Shown here: piece by piece, positions 62,985 to 64,000 of the stretch | How the letters are laid out: each line of letters opens with the position of its first letter | Position numbering within the stretch: the first letter of the stretch is position 1 | Assembly: GCA_964352375.1 (NCBI GenBank) | Contig: CAYGSA010000001.1 | Location: forward strand, 26,714-90,713 | DNA length: 64,000 nucleotides | Source of the DNA: an uncultured Micavibrio sp. | GTDB taxonomy: Bacteria; Pseudomonadota; Alphaproteobacteria; Micavibrionales; Micavibrionaceae | Direction: 5' to 3' | The notes under the pieces: generated by a model | Told to the model about the DNA's origin: nothing | Database searches by the model: none | Seen by the model: the letters and a program-made list of their open reading frames with translations, nothing else | Position numbers and translations under genes: made by a program

Positions 62985-63464
62985 TTATGAGTCGTTGGAG
63001 TATCGGCTTTTGAACATGTTTATGATGTCGAAAAACCCGCCTTTTTTAGTCTTCGCTGATTGCGCGATTGGCTTTTCCTGTTTTACGTCTTCTTCTAGTT
63101 CAAACTTTACACTGCCAATTAAATTATCAAGATTTGTGTCTTTGATGTGCATCTTATGGAGTTGAACCATAACGGTTTGCTCTTCGGCATGAAAATCACC
63201 ATCTACCCATATCAAATCACGCGCAAGATCAAAAAAAGTTTCTCTGTCTTTGTGTTCGGTTATGCTCATAAACATAGCCTGTGCATCTTTTGCGTTTGTT
63301 AAATCATCTTTGAGCAGTTCAAGTTGTTCTTCCGAGAATTCCACCTCATCCATCACATGCGCCATGAATTTAATTTCTTCTTCGGTCACAACTTTATCTG
63401 CGTGGGCGACCGCGAATAAGGCTCTCCAGATATGGAATTGGCTGTCTGTAACATCTTTTGTCAT
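62985..63464 (-). CDS. TerB-like (tellurite-resistance/DjlA-N-like) domain protein, paralog 2
   Basis: Shows IWRALFAVAHADKVVTEEEIKFMAHVM...ARDLIWVDGDFHAEEQTVMVQL, i.e. two ADG/VDG-x-E helical hairpin motifs as in TerB-like domains. Confidence 0.5.
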   Translation of the reverse strand: MTKDVTDSQFHIWRALFAVAHADKVVTEEEIKFMAHVMDEVEFSEEQLELLKDDLTNAKDAQAMFMSITEHKDRETFFDLARDLIWVDGDFHAEEQTVMVQLHKMHIKDTNLDNLIGSVKFELEEDVKQEKPIAQSAKTKKGGFFDIINMFKSRYSNDS

Positions 63465-63979
63465 ATTGTTTCTTCTTTGTAGAATGCTGACATTTTTTTT
63501 AGAACGATTTTCATCGTGTCCTCTTGTTGCGTGTTCGGCGTTTGGCTTTCATCTGTTATAGGCTTACGCTCTATCCAACGTAGTTCATTTTCGAATTTTG
63601 TGCTATTCCTACCGAGGAGTTTTACGATCTTGTTCACAGCTTCGAGTTCCAGCTCGTGCAAGTAGCCATCACACCATATAATAGTGCGGGCCATGACAAA
63701 AAACTGGCGCTGGTGATTTATGTCGTTGATTTCCTTAAATACATTAGAGACATCTGGTTTTTTCTTTAGATCATCTTTGATTATTTTTTTTTGTTTTCTT
63801 GTGAAGCTGAAGGCTTCTTTGATTTGTTCGATGTATGCTATCTCTTGCGCTGATATGTTCCCATCCACATGCACGAGCGCAAAGACTGCGCGCCAGAGGG
63901 CGAACATTTCGTTGTCGGGCGTTGGGAATGTCTCATCTGTCATAAAATCTATTGGATCATGTTCGATATTCTTTGACAA
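63461..63979 (-). CDS. TerB-like domain protein, paralog 1
   Basis: Shows LWRAVFALVHVDGNISAQEIAYIEQIK...ARTIIWCDGYLHELELEAVNKI. It aligns by eye with 62985..63464. There is a 4-bp ATGA overlap with it. Confidence 0.5.
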   Translation of the reverse strand: MSKNIEHDPIDFMTDETFPTPDNEMFALWRAVFALVHVDGNISAQEIAYIEQIKEAFSFTRKQKKIIKDDLKKKPDVSNVFKEINDINHQRQFFVMARTIIWCDGYLHELELEAVNKIVKLLGRNSTKFENELRWIERKPITDESQTPNTQQEDTMKIVLKKMSAFYKEETI

Positions 63980-64000
63980 GATTTAAAAAATGTTCTTTAT

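Overview
The window looks like a densely packed, moderately AT-rich alphaproteobacterial chromosome segment. Lineage markers are a Ros/MucR regulator, the TIGR02186 (Alph_Pro_TM)-TauE pair, an RHH_4 protein, the ubiK-ybjN-proC and usp-nifU-tsaB neighbourhoods, and a ParC of the GNFGNIDGD type. About 70 protein genes are supported, most on the minus strand and almost all housekeeping: parC, recO, folP/folK, ilvD, pfk, purEK, fumC, a phaR/phaC/phaA/phaB cluster, prfB, trkH, recX, hslO, envZ/ompR-like, ilvE, ychF-pth-rplY, prs, pgeF, lgt, proC, tsaB, trpS, murJ, ubiE, coaBC, dut, mutS, cysK and fdxA. I found no rRNA, tRNA, CRISPR array, transposase, integrase or recognisable defence gene. I cannot point to a convincing new multi-gene system. 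The items worth a second look are isolated: (1) a frameshifted PcfJ-like/LRR-like gene remnant at 8706-9886; (2) the canonical prfB +1 frameshift that the ORF track hides; (3) a 394-codon antisense ORF codon-aligned with the ferredoxin-NADP reductase gene, which lacks all TTA/CTA/TCA codons; (4) a secreted 658-aa coiled-coil repeat protein next to the PHB genes; (5) tandem TerB-like paralogs; (6) a short PhaC with no PhaE, plus a stand-alone cNMP-binding protein; (7) several orphan ORFs at 37448-38365, 40921-41178 and 60851-61522. All functional calls rest on motif recognition by eye. No database search was run.
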